Of a stretch of 64,000 nt of DNA, positions 1 to 8,921 are shown in pieces; positions within the stretch are counted from its first letter, which is position 1; every line of letters begins with the position of its first letter. Below the pieces are notes generated by a model. The model did no database searches, had not been told where the DNA came from, and worked only from the letters and a program-made list of their open reading frames with translations. The DNA is taken from assembly GCA_965215565.1 (NCBI GenBank), contig CBDCDZ010000004.1, forward strand, positions 3,968,001 to 4,032,000, written 5' to 3'. Position numbers and translations under genes: made by a program. Origin of the DNA: Trueperaceae bacterium (GTDB lineage: Bacteria > Deinococcota > Deinococci > Deinococcales > Trueperaceae).

Positions 1-794
1 GGCAACGGCTCCTCTTCAAAGACATCTAAGCCTGCCCCGGCAATCTGTCCCTCTTTAAGCGCTCGGATGAGGTCAGCCTCGTTCACCGTGCCGCCGCGTC
101 CGATATTGATGAGGTAACTTGAGTCTTTCATCAACCCGAACTCATCTGCCGACATCACATGCCGCGTCTCTTCGGTTAGAGGTACAGTCAGTATGACGAA
201 ATCAGCGTCGGGTAAGAGGGTGCGGAGTTCGCCTCGAGCCACCATCCGCTCGACATATTCAACCTCTTTCGAGGGATCACGCCGCACTCCCCAAACGCGC
301 ATCCCTAGCGCGGCGGCAAGTTTAGCCGTGCGTTCACCGATTGCGCCTACGCCGATGAGTAGCACCGTCTTACCTGCGAGTTCGATGACACTTCGCTCGT
401 CCGCCTTACGCCACCTATGCTTCACTTGGTCACGCACCGCGCCCGGCAGACCTCTTGCGAACGCGAGCATGAACGCTAAGACGTGTTCACTAATCGGAAC
501 TGCGTGAATACCCGAGACGTTCGTCAGGGTGAAAGGATGCTCGGCAGCGTCAGAATACTTGAGGAGCCAGTCCGCGCCCGCGCCCCACTGCTGAAACCAC
601 TTGAGGTTCGGCGCTTTCGCTAAAAGGTCTCGAGGGAAAGATCCCGCCGCAACTTCAATGTCACCTAATAAAGAGGTGATTTCGTCTTTATCCCTCGAGC
701 CGCGAACCTCTAGCTGCGGCGCAGCTCGGCGAATCTCGTCCCACTGCTCATTTGAAAAGTGGTCTTCGTTAAAACCGACAAGGAGGATACTCAT
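1..794 (-). CDS. D-2-hydroxyacid dehydrogenase, NAD(P)-binding (3' end runs off the window)
   Basis: Manual translation from ATG at 794: MSILLVGFNEDH...WFQQWGAGADW...TNVSGIHAVPISEH...GKTVLLIGVGAIG (Rossmann motif)...LINIGRG...LDVFEEEPL. Not in the ORF track because it is truncated. Confidence 0.85.
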   Translation of the reverse strand, partial: MSILLVGFNEDHFSNEQWDEIRRAAPQLEVRGSRDKDEITSLLGDIEVAAGSFPRDLLAKAPNLKWFQQWGAGADWLLKYSDAAEHPFTLTNVSGIHAVPISEHVLAFMLAFARGLPGAVRDQVKHRWRKADERSVIELAGKTVLLIGVGAIGERTAKLAAALGMRVWGVRRDPSKEVEYVERMVARGELRTLLPDADFVILTVPLTEETRHVMSADEFGLMKDSSYLINIGRGGTVNEADLIRALKEGQIAGAGLDVFEEEPL

Positions 795-916
795 AGAGAT
801 AGACTCGGTCAAACTAGTCAATATGTTCGTAAGGTAGCGCGAAATGTTGACGTTTCTCGAGGTATTTACAGGGATGAAGGGAAACCGAATTCCCTTTGCT
901 CGAGCCTGAGCGAAAC

Positions 917-1010
917 TCGAGTGCAATCTCTTGACGAATAGCGTATACGGGTATATAATAAATCTTATAACCAGTTGAAAGAGACGCGCTCACAAATGAG
1001 CGCTTTTTTT
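917..1010 (+). repeat. Promoter/mini-transcript/terminator cassette, copy A
   Basis: TTGACG(931)-17 nt-TATAAT(954), then hairpin GCGCTCA-CAAA-TGAGCGC and T7. Homologous to the copies at 2313, 3297 and 8164. Confidence 0.85.
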
Positions 1011-1029
1011 GTGGCTTATACAGGTGGGC

Positions 1030-1062
1030 AAAAAAGAAGCCGAGCAAGTCTCGGCTTCTTTT
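1030..1062. terminator. Bidirectional intrinsic terminator downstream of the SRPBCC gene
   Basis: AAAAAAGAAGCCGAG-CAAGT-CTCGGCTTCTTTT hairpin with A and T runs. Confidence 0.7.
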
Positions 1063-1078
1063 CACATCAGTTTAATAT

Positions 1079-2059
1079 TTAGTTCTTCTTGCTGGTATCC
1101 CCCGACGCTTTAGGCGGCAGTGCGCCTTCTGGTTTTTTGACGAGTTCGTCTGTATCGGCGTAGCCTGTCGCTTCGCTGTTGGCGCGCCTAGCATTGAGAT
1201 TATCCCCCTCGGGTGTGGGGATGGCGTCACCGTCGGTATGGATGGGGTCTTTCTCGACGTTGTCCGAGCGTAGACCGCTGCTCGAGCCCGGTACGCCCAA
1301 AGACGGCGTCCCCTCTTCATGACCTAATATCGGGCTTCGGGATGTTTGGCTCTGAGACTTTGTGCTCGTAAGGCTACCCGCCGCGCCCCCAATCGTCCCT
1401 GACTCCATCTCGCGCTTGAACCGCGCCAGGTCGTCGCTGATCTGCTGCGCGGGCTCCTCGCCGAAAAGTTTGGCGACGGCTGCGCCGAGCTGTCCGCCGG
1501 GCGGATGGTAGGTCAGCGAAACGATGACTTCGGTGTGTTCGTTGTTTCTACCCGTTGGACTGAAGCGCACCGCGCCTTCGTTGGGCACGTCCGCGTTTTC
1601 CACGGAGCGCCACGCGATGAGTTCGTTCTGCCTGTCGTCGGTGATGACCGCGTCCCACTCGACACTCGTACCTAGTGGTCCATTCGCCACCCAGCGCGAA
1701 CGTTCGCCGCCGAGTTCACGCACGCGCTCCAGGTGCGTCATGATGCTACCTAAGTTCTCCAAATCGCGCCAGTATTTGTACAACTCGCTCGCCGACTTCT
1801 CCACCGTGGCGCTCTCACGGACCTGCACGCCGTTGATGCGACTGCGGTTGTCGTAAAAGCCGTCGTCTGTCTCGCCGTAAGCCGTGATACCCCGGTAGAT
1901 GAGGTAGCCGCCCGCTGCGGAGAAGAGCGAGCCCGCTACGAGAAAGGTCCAATCCGCGCTCTGACCCTTGCCGCTGGAATGGTACGACGCATTCTCTTCG
2001 ATGTCGCGGTTTTGAAAACTGTCATTCTGAAGATAGGTTTCCGAAGGTTTTCGTGTCAT
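1079..2059 (-). CDS. SRPBCC (polyketide cyclase/dehydrase-like) protein with N-terminal TM helix and disordered C-terminal tail
   Basis: ELYKYWRDLENL...SRWVANGPLG...WDAVITDD...LIAWRS...YHPPGG...EEPAQQISDDLARFK; RBS AGGAGG. Confidence 0.85.
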   Translation of the reverse strand: MTRKPSETYLQNDSFQNRDIEENASYHSSGKGQSADWTFLVAGSLFSAAGGYLIYRGITAYGETDDGFYDNRSRINGVQVRESATVEKSASELYKYWRDLENLGSIMTHLERVRELGGERSRWVANGPLGTSVEWDAVITDDRQNELIAWRSVENADVPNEGAVRFSPTGRNNEHTEVIVSLTYHPPGGQLGAAVAKLFGEEPAQQISDDLARFKREMESGTIGGAAGSLTSTKSQSQTSRSPILGHEEGTPSLGVPGSSSGLRSDNVEKDPIHTDGDAIPTPEGDNLNARRANSEATGYADTDELVKKPEGALPPKASGDTSKKN

Positions 2060-2312
2060 TGTTGCCTCCTATATGCTGAAGTGTCCTATTTTGCGCTACT
2101 ACGGACGTGCAAGCGCCCTGTTAAGTTTTACAAAGTTCTGAACGCAGAGCGCAGTGCGCTGTCTATACCCCACATGGTAGGTGTCTCGCCCGCAACCCTT
2201 TACGCCTCATCTCACAATTGACCTTCATCATTGGGCCTCACAGTTACATTTTCGGAAAGTTTGAAGGTAGAAAACGAACCTCTCGCAGGTGCGTTCGTTC
2301 GTATGAACGAAC

Positions 2313-2416
2313 TCGAGTGCAACCTCTTGACGAATAGCGCATACGGGTGTACACTTAAATTATATACGCGCTGAGGACGTTGCAGGAAACTGCGAAGGGT
2401 CCCCGGCGATTTTTTT
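2313..2416 (+). repeat. Promoter/mini-transcript/terminator cassette, copy B
   Basis: TTGACG(2327)-17 nt-TACACT(2350), long GAAA-capped hairpin, T7. Confidence 0.8.
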
Positions 2417-2475
2417 GTTCCCTACAGTCTGAGGCTCGAGTCCAAGCTGCCGTCCACGTGCGGTAAGATGGAGCC

Positions 2476-3066
2476 ATGGCGCTTCCCAGGCTACAACCCG
2501 AATACGAACCTCGCGCGTTCACCTACCGCGAACTGCTGGCGATGGAGCGGGCAGGGATTTTAGGCGAGGACGAGCGCGTCGAACTTCTCCATGGGAGTAT
2601 CGTCCCTATGACTGTCAACCCACCCCACGCGCTAGTCGTGCGTGAACTCACCGAAACGCTATCTCTGGCTTTTCTAAATGTCGCCAAAATTGATGTGCAG
2701 AACCCTCTGCGGCTTTCAACTGACTTAGATGACCGCCAACTGCTCGTGCCTGACCTGATGCTTTTAGCGCGGCGCGACTACGAGGACCACCCGCAGCCCG
2801 AAGACGTTTACTTGCTGATCGAGGTTTCGGACACCACGCTGCTCAAAGACCGCAAGGTGAAGCTGCCTCTTTACGCCGCCGCAGGTGTGCAAGAGGTCTG
2901 GCTCTTCAACCTCGCAGAGAAGCGTTTGGAAGTCTACGCTGAGCCGCAGGGCGAGATATACGGAGCAGTGAGCAGCCTCGAGCTAAGTGGGCCTACCGCG
3001 CCCCGACGTTTTCCTGATCAGGCTCGAGTATGGCTGAGCGAAGCTATTGTAGCAAAGCTGCCCTGA
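2476..3066 (+). CDS. Uma2 family putative restriction endonuclease
   Basis: ERVELLHG...PPH...PDL...LLIEVSDTTL..DRKVKLPLYAAAGVQEVW; leaderless (TAAGAT-6 nt-ATG). Confidence 0.9.
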   Translation: MALPRLQPEYEPRAFTYRELLAMERAGILGEDERVELLHGSIVPMTVNPPHALVVRELTETLSLAFLNVAKIDVQNPLRLSTDLDDRQLLVPDLMLLARRDYEDHPQPEDVYLLIEVSDTTLLKDRKVKLPLYAAAGVQEVWLFNLAEKRLEVYAEPQGEIYGAVSSLELSGPTAPRRFPDQARVWLSEAIVAKLP

Positions 3067-3150
3067 TAACGGGGAATGGGCTGAACAAAACCGAACGAAA
3101 GGTGTTCTTTCGAGTTTAGAGCGGTTTATGCACACCTTTTTTCGAATTCC

Positions 3151-3385
3151 GGTGCAATCTGAAACCCGGATGAAGTTCGCTTAGCGCCGTTCAGTACGGC
3201 AAACCTGACAGCTAATCTAAAAATGGATAGTTTCCTCGTGCCAAACAGCGCTTTTTGTAAGTTTCAAGAAGCGTCATGCAGACTTTTGTCGGTTCCAGTG
3301 CAACCTCTTGACGAATAGCGCATACGGGTGTATAATTTCTTTTATCAATCAACAAAAAACCGCGCTCAGGACGAGCGTTTTTTTT
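3151..3385 (+). repeat. Promoter/mini-transcript/terminator cassette, copy C, with a ~150-bp upstream extension shared with copy D
   Basis: TTGACG(3308)-17 nt-TATAAT(3331), hairpin CGCTC-AGGAC-GAGCG, T8; 3151-3300 aligns with 8017-8168. Confidence 0.85.
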
Positions 3386-4442
3386 ATTGCTCCTTTCGAG
3401 CTTTGCTCGTACTGAGTGGCGGCTGATTGTGACGCTTTGCGGCGCGGTCCGAGAGCGTCGTAAGGAGGGAGGGGGCCCAGCTCGAATGGACCTCCCGCCC
3501 CTGCTTCACGTCGTCGCCGTCCACAGGATTCAGGCCCGGCAACAGGCGGTTCGTTGTGCTGAGCAATTTCGCCGTGACCTCCGGTAAGAGGGCATTGGCG
3601 AGCACCGCGCCCCTCGCGGGAAGCGTGAGTATCTGCTGCGCCTTTCCTCGGCGGCACGCCTCGACGATCTTTCGCGCGGCTTGGGGTGCGCTCATGGTGA
3701 GAAGAGGGAGCGAGTCGCCCACGGCAAACCAGGCGAGTTCTTGGGCGTGCTGCCCTTTGAGGCGCACGTTGGGGTAGGAGCCTGTGCGCAGCAAGCCGGG
3801 GCAGACCGTCGTCACTTTGACGCCTGCTTGGGCGAGTTCGGCGCGGAGCCCTTCTGACAAGCCAACCAGCGCAAACTTGCTTACAGCGTAAGGGAGCAGG
3901 TGTGGCACGGCGACTTTACCGCCGATTGAAGAGATGTTGACGATGCGTCCCCCTGTGCGTCCCCCCGTACCTTTTCGTGTCCTTTCGAGATGTGGCAATG
4001 CGGCTAGAACCGTATAGAGTGCGCCCCATAAATGAACCTCGAGCGCATCTCTGAAGTCATCCTCTTGCATGTGCGCGAAGGGTCCCGCCTGGATGACCCC
4101 GGCGTTGTTGACCAGTACACCGAGTGAACCGAAATGCGCTACGGTCTCCTTCACAGCATTTTCAACCTCTTGACGTTCACGAACATCGCAAGGGAGTGTG
4201 AGGACTTGTGTTCCCTTTGCGCGAAGCTCCCCAGCGGCTCTCTCCAACTCGTTCTCGTCTCGAGCTAGCAGCGCCAAGTGTGCGCCCTCTTCCGCAAAAA
4301 CTCTCGCCAACGCCAACCCGAGCCCGCGTGACCCACCCGTGATGAGCACAACTTTGTTCTCGAAGTCATAAGCGGGACGCTTGAGGGCGTAGGTCAGTGC
4401 ACCTAGCCCGAGTGCACTTAAGAGAAAGCCCATTTTCTTCAT
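3384..4442 (-). CDS. SDR family oxidoreductase with N-terminal hydrophobic anchor
   Basis: TGGSRGLG, NNAG and YAVSK motifs; start moved to MKKMGF (4442, RBS GAGG) because the longer ORF overlaps the next gene. Confidence 0.9.
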   Translation of the reverse strand: MKKMGFLLSALGLGALTYALKRPAYDFENKVVLITGGSRGLGLALARVFAEEGAHLALLARDENELERAAGELRAKGTQVLTLPCDVRERQEVENAVKETVAHFGSLGVLVNNAGVIQAGPFAHMQEDDFRDALEVHLWGALYTVLAALPHLERTRKGTGGRTGGRIVNISSIGGKVAVPHLLPYAVSKFALVGLSEGLRAELAQAGVKVTTVCPGLLRTGSYPNVRLKGQHAQELAWFAVGDSLPLLTMSAPQAARKIVEACRRGKAQQILTLPARGAVLANALLPEVTAKLLSTTNRLLPGLNPVDGDDVKQGREVHSSWAPSLLTTLSDRAAKRHNQPPLSTSKARKEQ

Positions 4443-4450
4443 CTCATCCT

Positions 4451-4960
4451 CTATTCTCTCGCCCTGCGCCACAGCGTTATGCCCAAAAAGACGAGCACTA
4501 GTCCTACGGCGAAAAACCCAAAATCCCACGCCAACTCGTTCGGTCCTGGCTTGATGTGGTGCAGCCCTAAGAGGCGGTGGTCTACGATTTCGTCGAACAC
4601 GTGGAAGCTGCCGAAGCCGACGAGAACCGCGCCCAAGAGACGCTGACGCGAGAGCGGTACGCCCGCGCGCAAGCCGACGCGCCATAAGAGAACAATACCG
4701 ACAATTGTAAACCCGTATGCGCCGAGGTGGAACACGCCGTCTGCGAGCGTGTTCCACCTGAGCCCCGCGAGCGTCTGGGCGGTGCGCCAATTCGAAACCA
4801 TGTGATGCCACTGCAAGACTTGGTGCAGGACAATTCCGTCGAAGAAGCCGCTGAGCCCGAAGCCTAGAACCATGCCCGCGCGGAAAAGACCTCTTTCCGT
4901 GCTCTGCTTTTTCCCCCGCACTACGCGGACCTTCTCGTCTCGCTGATTCTGCGCGTCCAC
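4451..4960 (-). CDS. DUF2243-like membrane protein
   Basis: GFFDGIVLHQVLQWHHM...NTLADGVFH...DEIVDHRLLGLHHI...WD motif pattern. Confidence 0.8.
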   Translation of the reverse strand: MDAQNQRDEKVRVVRGKKQSTERGLFRAGMVLGFGLSGFFDGIVLHQVLQWHHMVSNWRTAQTLAGLRWNTLADGVFHLGAYGFTIVGIVLLWRVGLRAGVPLSRQRLLGAVLVGFGSFHVFDEIVDHRLLGLHHIKPGPNELAWDFGFFAVGLVLVFLGITLWRRARE

Positions 4961-6129
4961 TACGGTTGCAGCACCACCTTTACGCAGCTATCCTCTTTAT
5001 GTTTGAAAATATCGTAGCCGTGCGGCGCGTCGTCCAGGCTCATGTGGTGGGTGATGATCCTCGAGGGGTCTAAAGCCCCATCTACGATCTTCTCCGTCAG
5101 CGTCTCTAAGTAGCGGTGGACGTGCGTCTGCCCCATCTTAAAGGTGAGCCCTTTGTTGAAGGCTGCGCCCAGCGGAATTTTATCTAGAATGCCGCCGTAC
5201 ACTCCGCCGAGCGAGACCGTGCCTCCTTTGCGGCAGATTTGGATGGCTTCGCGCAGAACGATGGGGCGTCCTGTTTGGAGCATCACTGCCTGCTTCGCCT
5301 TATCGAACACATCTAAGACGCCCGCGCCGTGCGCTTCCATACCGACTGCGTCGATGCACGCGTCCGGTCCGCGCCCCGCCGTCATCTCCCGTAAGGTTTC
5401 GATGACGTCTTTCTCTTCATAGTTGATAACTTCTGCGCCGCCGAAGGTCTTCGCCATCGCCAGACGCTCCTCGAGGCGGTCGATCGCAATCACGCGCTCC
5501 GCGCCGAGCAAGTAGGCGCTCTTAATCGCGAAGAGCCCCACCGGACCGCAGCCCCACACCGCGACGGTGTCGCCGCCTTGAATGTTACAGTTTTCCGCCG
5601 CCTGGTAGCCCGTCGGCAAGATGTCGGTCAAGAAAAGCACCTGGTCATCCGTGAGGCTGTCGGGCACCTTGTACGGACCCACGTCCGCGAAGGGCACGCG
5701 CACGTACTCCGCTTGCCCGCCCGCGTAGCCGCCCATGAGGTGCGAGTAGCCGAATATCCCGGCGGGCGCATGACCGAACATGGTTTCTGCCAAAACGGTG
5801 CTCGGGTTCGAGTTGTCGCATAGAGAGTAGAGGTCGTTGCGGCAGAAGTAGCAGTCGCCGCACGCGATAGGGAAGGGGACGACGACGCGGTCTCCTACGG
5901 AGAGGTTCTTGACCTCCGCGCCCACCTCGACGACTTCACCCATGAACTCGTGCCCTAAGATATCCCCTTTTTGCATCGTCGGGATGAACCCGTCGTAAAG
6001 GTGCAAGTCGGAGCCGCAAATGGCGGTGGACGTGACCTTGATGATGGCGTCGCGCGGATTGAGGAGTTCCGGGTCAGGAACCTGCTCGACGCGGACGTCG
6101 TTCGAACCGTACCAGCAAAGTGCTTTCAT
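4960..6129 (-). CDS. Zn-dependent alcohol/formaldehyde dehydrogenase (YbdR-like MDR)
   Basis: ICGSDLH, GHEFMG, CGDCYFC...C, GCGPVG. Confidence 0.92.
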   Translation of the reverse strand: MKALCWYGSNDVRVEQVPDPELLNPRDAIIKVTSTAICGSDLHLYDGFIPTMQKGDILGHEFMGEVVEVGAEVKNLSVGDRVVVPFPIACGDCYFCRNDLYSLCDNSNPSTVLAETMFGHAPAGIFGYSHLMGGYAGGQAEYVRVPFADVGPYKVPDSLTDDQVLFLTDILPTGYQAAENCNIQGGDTVAVWGCGPVGLFAIKSAYLLGAERVIAIDRLEERLAMAKTFGGAEVINYEEKDVIETLREMTAGRGPDACIDAVGMEAHGAGVLDVFDKAKQAVMLQTGRPIVLREAIQICRKGGTVSLGGVYGGILDKIPLGAAFNKGLTFKMGQTHVHRYLETLTEKIVDGALDPSRIITHHMSLDDAPHGYDIFKHKEDSCVKVVLQP

Positions 6130-6263
6130 GATGCCCCCCTATAAAGTTGTTGGAAATTAAATCCGTAAGCTCGAGATAATTCCAGTAAGCTTTGTGCCTC
6201 GAGTCCTAACTATTGTGAAAGTTAAGAACGCTCGAGCCTCAACCTCTTACCTGTTGCGAGTCT

Positions 6264-6300
6264 AAAAAAGAAGAGGGGCGCACCTTTTGAGGTGCGCCCC
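6264..6300 (-). terminator. Intrinsic terminator after the second SRPBCC gene
   Basis: GGGGCGCACC-TTTTGA-GGTGCGCCCC with adjacent A-rich run (U-run on the minus strand). Confidence 0.7.
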
Positions 6301-6310
6301 ATCGGTCCCG

Positions 6311-7066
6311 CTAGTTTCCGCTTGGCTGACCCTGCGTCGTCGCGGTGACACCCGTTTCCATGCGCTGCTTGAAGCGGCGCAAGTCGTCGCTGAGCTGCTG
6401 TGAGGGCTCCTCACCGAAGAGCTTGGCGACGGCTGCGCCGAGCTGACCGCCCGGCGGGTGGTAGGTCAGGTTGACGCGCACTTCGGTGCCGCGTCCGCCC
6501 GGCGCTTCGGCGAAGGTCACGCTGCCTTCGTTCTGCACGTCGGCGTCCTCGACGGCTTTCCAGGCGATGAGCTGATTCTCGATATCTTGAGTGACTTCGG
6601 CGTCCCATTCGACGCTCAAGCCGACTGGTCCTTTCGCCACCCAGTGCGAGCGCGTGTCGGTCTTCTCCGTGACCGACTCCAGATGGCTCATGATGTCGGA
6701 GAGGTTGCTGAGGTGACGCCAGTAGTGATACAGCTCCGAAGCGCTTTTGTTGATGGTAACGCTCTCGCGCACGTGCTGGGTTTTGCCCTGGTTGTTATTG
6801 CTGCGGTTTTGCCCGTAGCTGCTGGTGTTACGGCTGCTTGAGCCCCCTTGCTTCGCCACGCCGCGGTAGATGAGGTAGCCCCCAACACCCAACAGGACGG
6901 TACCGGCGATAGCGGCGGCTATGCCCGCGCCTGCGTCCTCCTTACTACCTCCGTCGTTATAGTGCCCCGTCTGGTAGTTGCTTGCCCCATAGTTGTCCGA
7001 TCCGTAGTTGTCCGACTGATAACGTCCGTACTCGTCTCTTCTATCGTTCATTTTCCTATCGTCCAT
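6311..7066 (-). CDS. SRPBCC protein, paralog of 1079-2059
   Basis: Shares YLIYRG, KSASELY.YWR and LTYHPPGGQLGAAVAKLFGEEP; start MDDRK after RBS AGGGGG. Confidence 0.85.
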   Translation of the reverse strand: MDDRKMNDRRDEYGRYQSDNYGSDNYGASNYQTGHYNDGGSKEDAGAGIAAAIAGTVLLGVGGYLIYRGVAKQGGSSSRNTSSYGQNRSNNNQGKTQHVRESVTINKSASELYHYWRHLSNLSDIMSHLESVTEKTDTRSHWVAKGPVGLSVEWDAEVTQDIENQLIAWKAVEDADVQNEGSVTFAEAPGGRGTEVRVNLTYHPPGGQLGAAVAKLFGEEPSQQLSDDLRRFKQRMETGVTATTQGQPSGN

Positions 7067-7261
7067 CTTCTTACCCCCTTGAAATGTATGTAGTGACTCT
7101 CTCGGATTAGAGAGCCTGGACAGCATTATGGTAGGCGGCTGCGGATTGCCGCGCTTAGCCTTACCTTACAGTTTTACCCCGTCTCCTTAGGGCAGAAGAA
7201 AGAAAGCGCCCTCAGTAGGGCGCTCCAAACCTGTTGTACGCGCGTGGTTTCGGAAGTTGCG

Positions 7262-7834
7262 CTAAGGCTGCATAATGACGCCACACGCGACACGGCTGCC
7301 GCTGTCGCCGCCGGGGTCCGTGATGTAATCATCCGCGTCTCCATGAATGATCAACGCGCTGCCGTCGCTGTCAAAAAGCGTACGCTCGCCGTCCACCGTA
7401 ACGAGCGCTGTCGTCACCACGTAGTCCACGGTGCCGTTCTCGCTCACCATGAGGTTGGGCAAATCGCCCGCGTGAGGTCCCTCTGGGTTGAGCAGTCCGT
7501 GCTGCGCGCCCGCCGGGTTATAGTGTCCGCCCGCGCTTTCAAAGTCAGGTGCGCTGCATTCGCCCACCTCGTGAATGTGAACGCCGTGCTCGCCCGGCGC
7601 GAGCCCCGAGCCCTCCGAGAGACCGACTTGAACGGTGACAAAACCTGAGTCATCCATGCCCGTCGTGAAGTTCGCGTCGCCGATGACGTTGCCGTCTGCG
7701 TCCATAATTTCCGCCGTCGCCACTAAGTTCGCACTCTCGGAAGGGGACACGCCGCCCTCTGCGCCGCCCGTATCCTGCGCGTGAACGAGACCGAGCGTCA
7801 GCGTGACCGTTAAAAAAGCTATGAGTTTAGGCAT
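7262..7834 (-). CDS. sodC: Secreted Cu/Zn superoxide dismutase
   Basis: Signal peptide; HGVHIH, GGHYNP, HAGDLPN, IIH..DD, GSRVACG. Confidence 0.9.
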   Translation of the reverse strand: MPKLIAFLTVTLTLGLVHAQDTGGAEGGVSPSESANLVATAEIMDADGNVIGDANFTTGMDDSGFVTVQVGLSEGSGLAPGEHGVHIHEVGECSAPDFESAGGHYNPAGAQHGLLNPEGPHAGDLPNLMVSENGTVDYVVTTALVTVDGERTLFDSDGSALIIHGDADDYITDPGGDSGSRVACGVIMQP

Positions 7835-8016
7835 AAATGCTCTCCAATCGCTAGGACCTTATCCTACCGGGACGAAATACGTCTTGTTGACAGTGCACCT
7901 CACAATGTTTCGTTTCGTCACCCCTGTATAAAACGGCTCCTCGGCGCTTTCGTAGTGGTCTCGAGCGAGGTTTGGAGGTGTTCTTGACGGTGTGGTCTGC
8001 GCCAGAGAAGAGGTCG

Positions 8017-8267
8017 GGTGCAACCTGAGACTCGGACACAACTCGTTTAGCTCCGTTCAGCATGGTGAAACTAGCGGCGAACCTCAAGATAGCCAGTTTT
8101 CTTGTCCTCAACAGTATTCTCCAAGAACCTCGAAGAGCGTTATGCAGACTTTCGTCTAGGTTTGAGTGCAACCTCTTGACGAATAACGTATACGGGTGTA
8201 TAATGCTTTTTATCAATCAGTAAGAAGCCGCGCCCCCAAGGATTGTTTATGGGCGAGCGCTTTTTTT
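8017..8267 (+). repeat. Promoter/mini-transcript/terminator cassette, copy D
   Basis: TTGACG(8176)-17 nt-TATAAT(8199), GC-rich hairpin ending GAGCGC, T7; upstream part aligns with 3151-3300. Confidence 0.85.
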
Positions 8268-8382
8268 ATCGCTTCCTACGCTTACCGGGGTAGATGCTCG
8301 GGACTCGCTCATCTCTACGGCTTCTACTACAGTGTCTTCGCCGCTGAGTCTTTATGGTTTCAAGATGGGAGAGGGGTAAGCC

Positions 8383-8553
8383 ATGAACGAAGACCAGCGC
8401 AGAGAGTACGACGCTCTAATTCGCGGCATTATGGACCAAGCCGAAGAGATGAAAAACCCGGAGGACGACGAGGAGATGCTCTTTAGTAGAGTGAGTGACC
8501 TCTCGAGCAAGGTGGACGAGCTGCGGGACTTGCTAGGGACGATATACAGTTAA
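8383..8553 (+). CDS. Small acidic helical hypothetical protein (56 aa)
   Basis: RBS GAGAGGGG; MNEDQRREYDALIRGIMDQAEEMKNPEDDEEMLFSRVSDLSSKVDELRDLLGTIYS; shorter than any ORF in the track. Confidence 0.65.
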   Translation: MNEDQRREYDALIRGIMDQAEEMKNPEDDEEMLFSRVSDLSSKVDELRDLLGTIYS

Positions 8554-8729
8554 TAGCAGGTATCATCTGGTCAGCTACGCCCTCGCCAAAAAGAACATCG
8601 TTTCCTTCGGAAAACTTCGTCTGCTTCGCAGCTTTCAGAAATTAGCACGCACTTGATTGTGATGAAGTTCCGTTACAGCAAAGCTGTGAAATCTGCGGAG
8701 AAGTGGTGCAACGATAAATGGAACTGCTA
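8554..8729 (+). mobile_element. TAGCAG-ended MITE/REPIN-like element, copy 1
   Basis: Starts TAGCAGGTATCATCTGG and ends GGAACTGCTA; internal TAGCACGCAC; multicopy in the window. Confidence 0.75.
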
Positions 8730-8921
8730 TAAAACAGAGGTTGAGGGCGTGCGCCCGACTCGGGTACACGCCTTTTAGGTTGCATCGGCGTTCGATTTCA
8801 AGAGGTACGCCGGAAACCCTCACGTTACCTAAAGTTTGCATCCTTTCCCCTCGCTTCTCCGTTCAGCACGGTAAGTCTCAGCTTCGAGAAGTATGAAACA
8901 TCAACAGAATCTAAACAGAAC

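Noticed and set aside
3361..3380. CsrA-binding GGA loop in the cassette RNAs
   Set aside because: GGA sits clearly in a loop only in copy C and is absent from copy A.
4443..4811. Long N-terminal extensions in the ORF track (also 10551, 39639, 52953, 52989, 54988)
   Set aside because: They overlap neighbouring genes, promoters or repeats. Better starts with an RBS or leaderless -10 box lie downstream.
7851..8216. 121-aa minus-strand ORF, and similar ORFs at 814-1065, 8196-8486, 16583-16888, 30934-31206 and 40562-40768
   Set aside because: They run through non-coding repeats or a tRNA. The frame of 7851-8216 is broken in the homologous copy C.
917..8267. Cassette repeats as a CRISPR array or integron attC sites
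   Set aside because: Spacing is 1-5 kb with whole genes between copies. No cas or integrase gene is present. GTTGCAC does not fit GTTRRRY and there is no attC-like fold-back.
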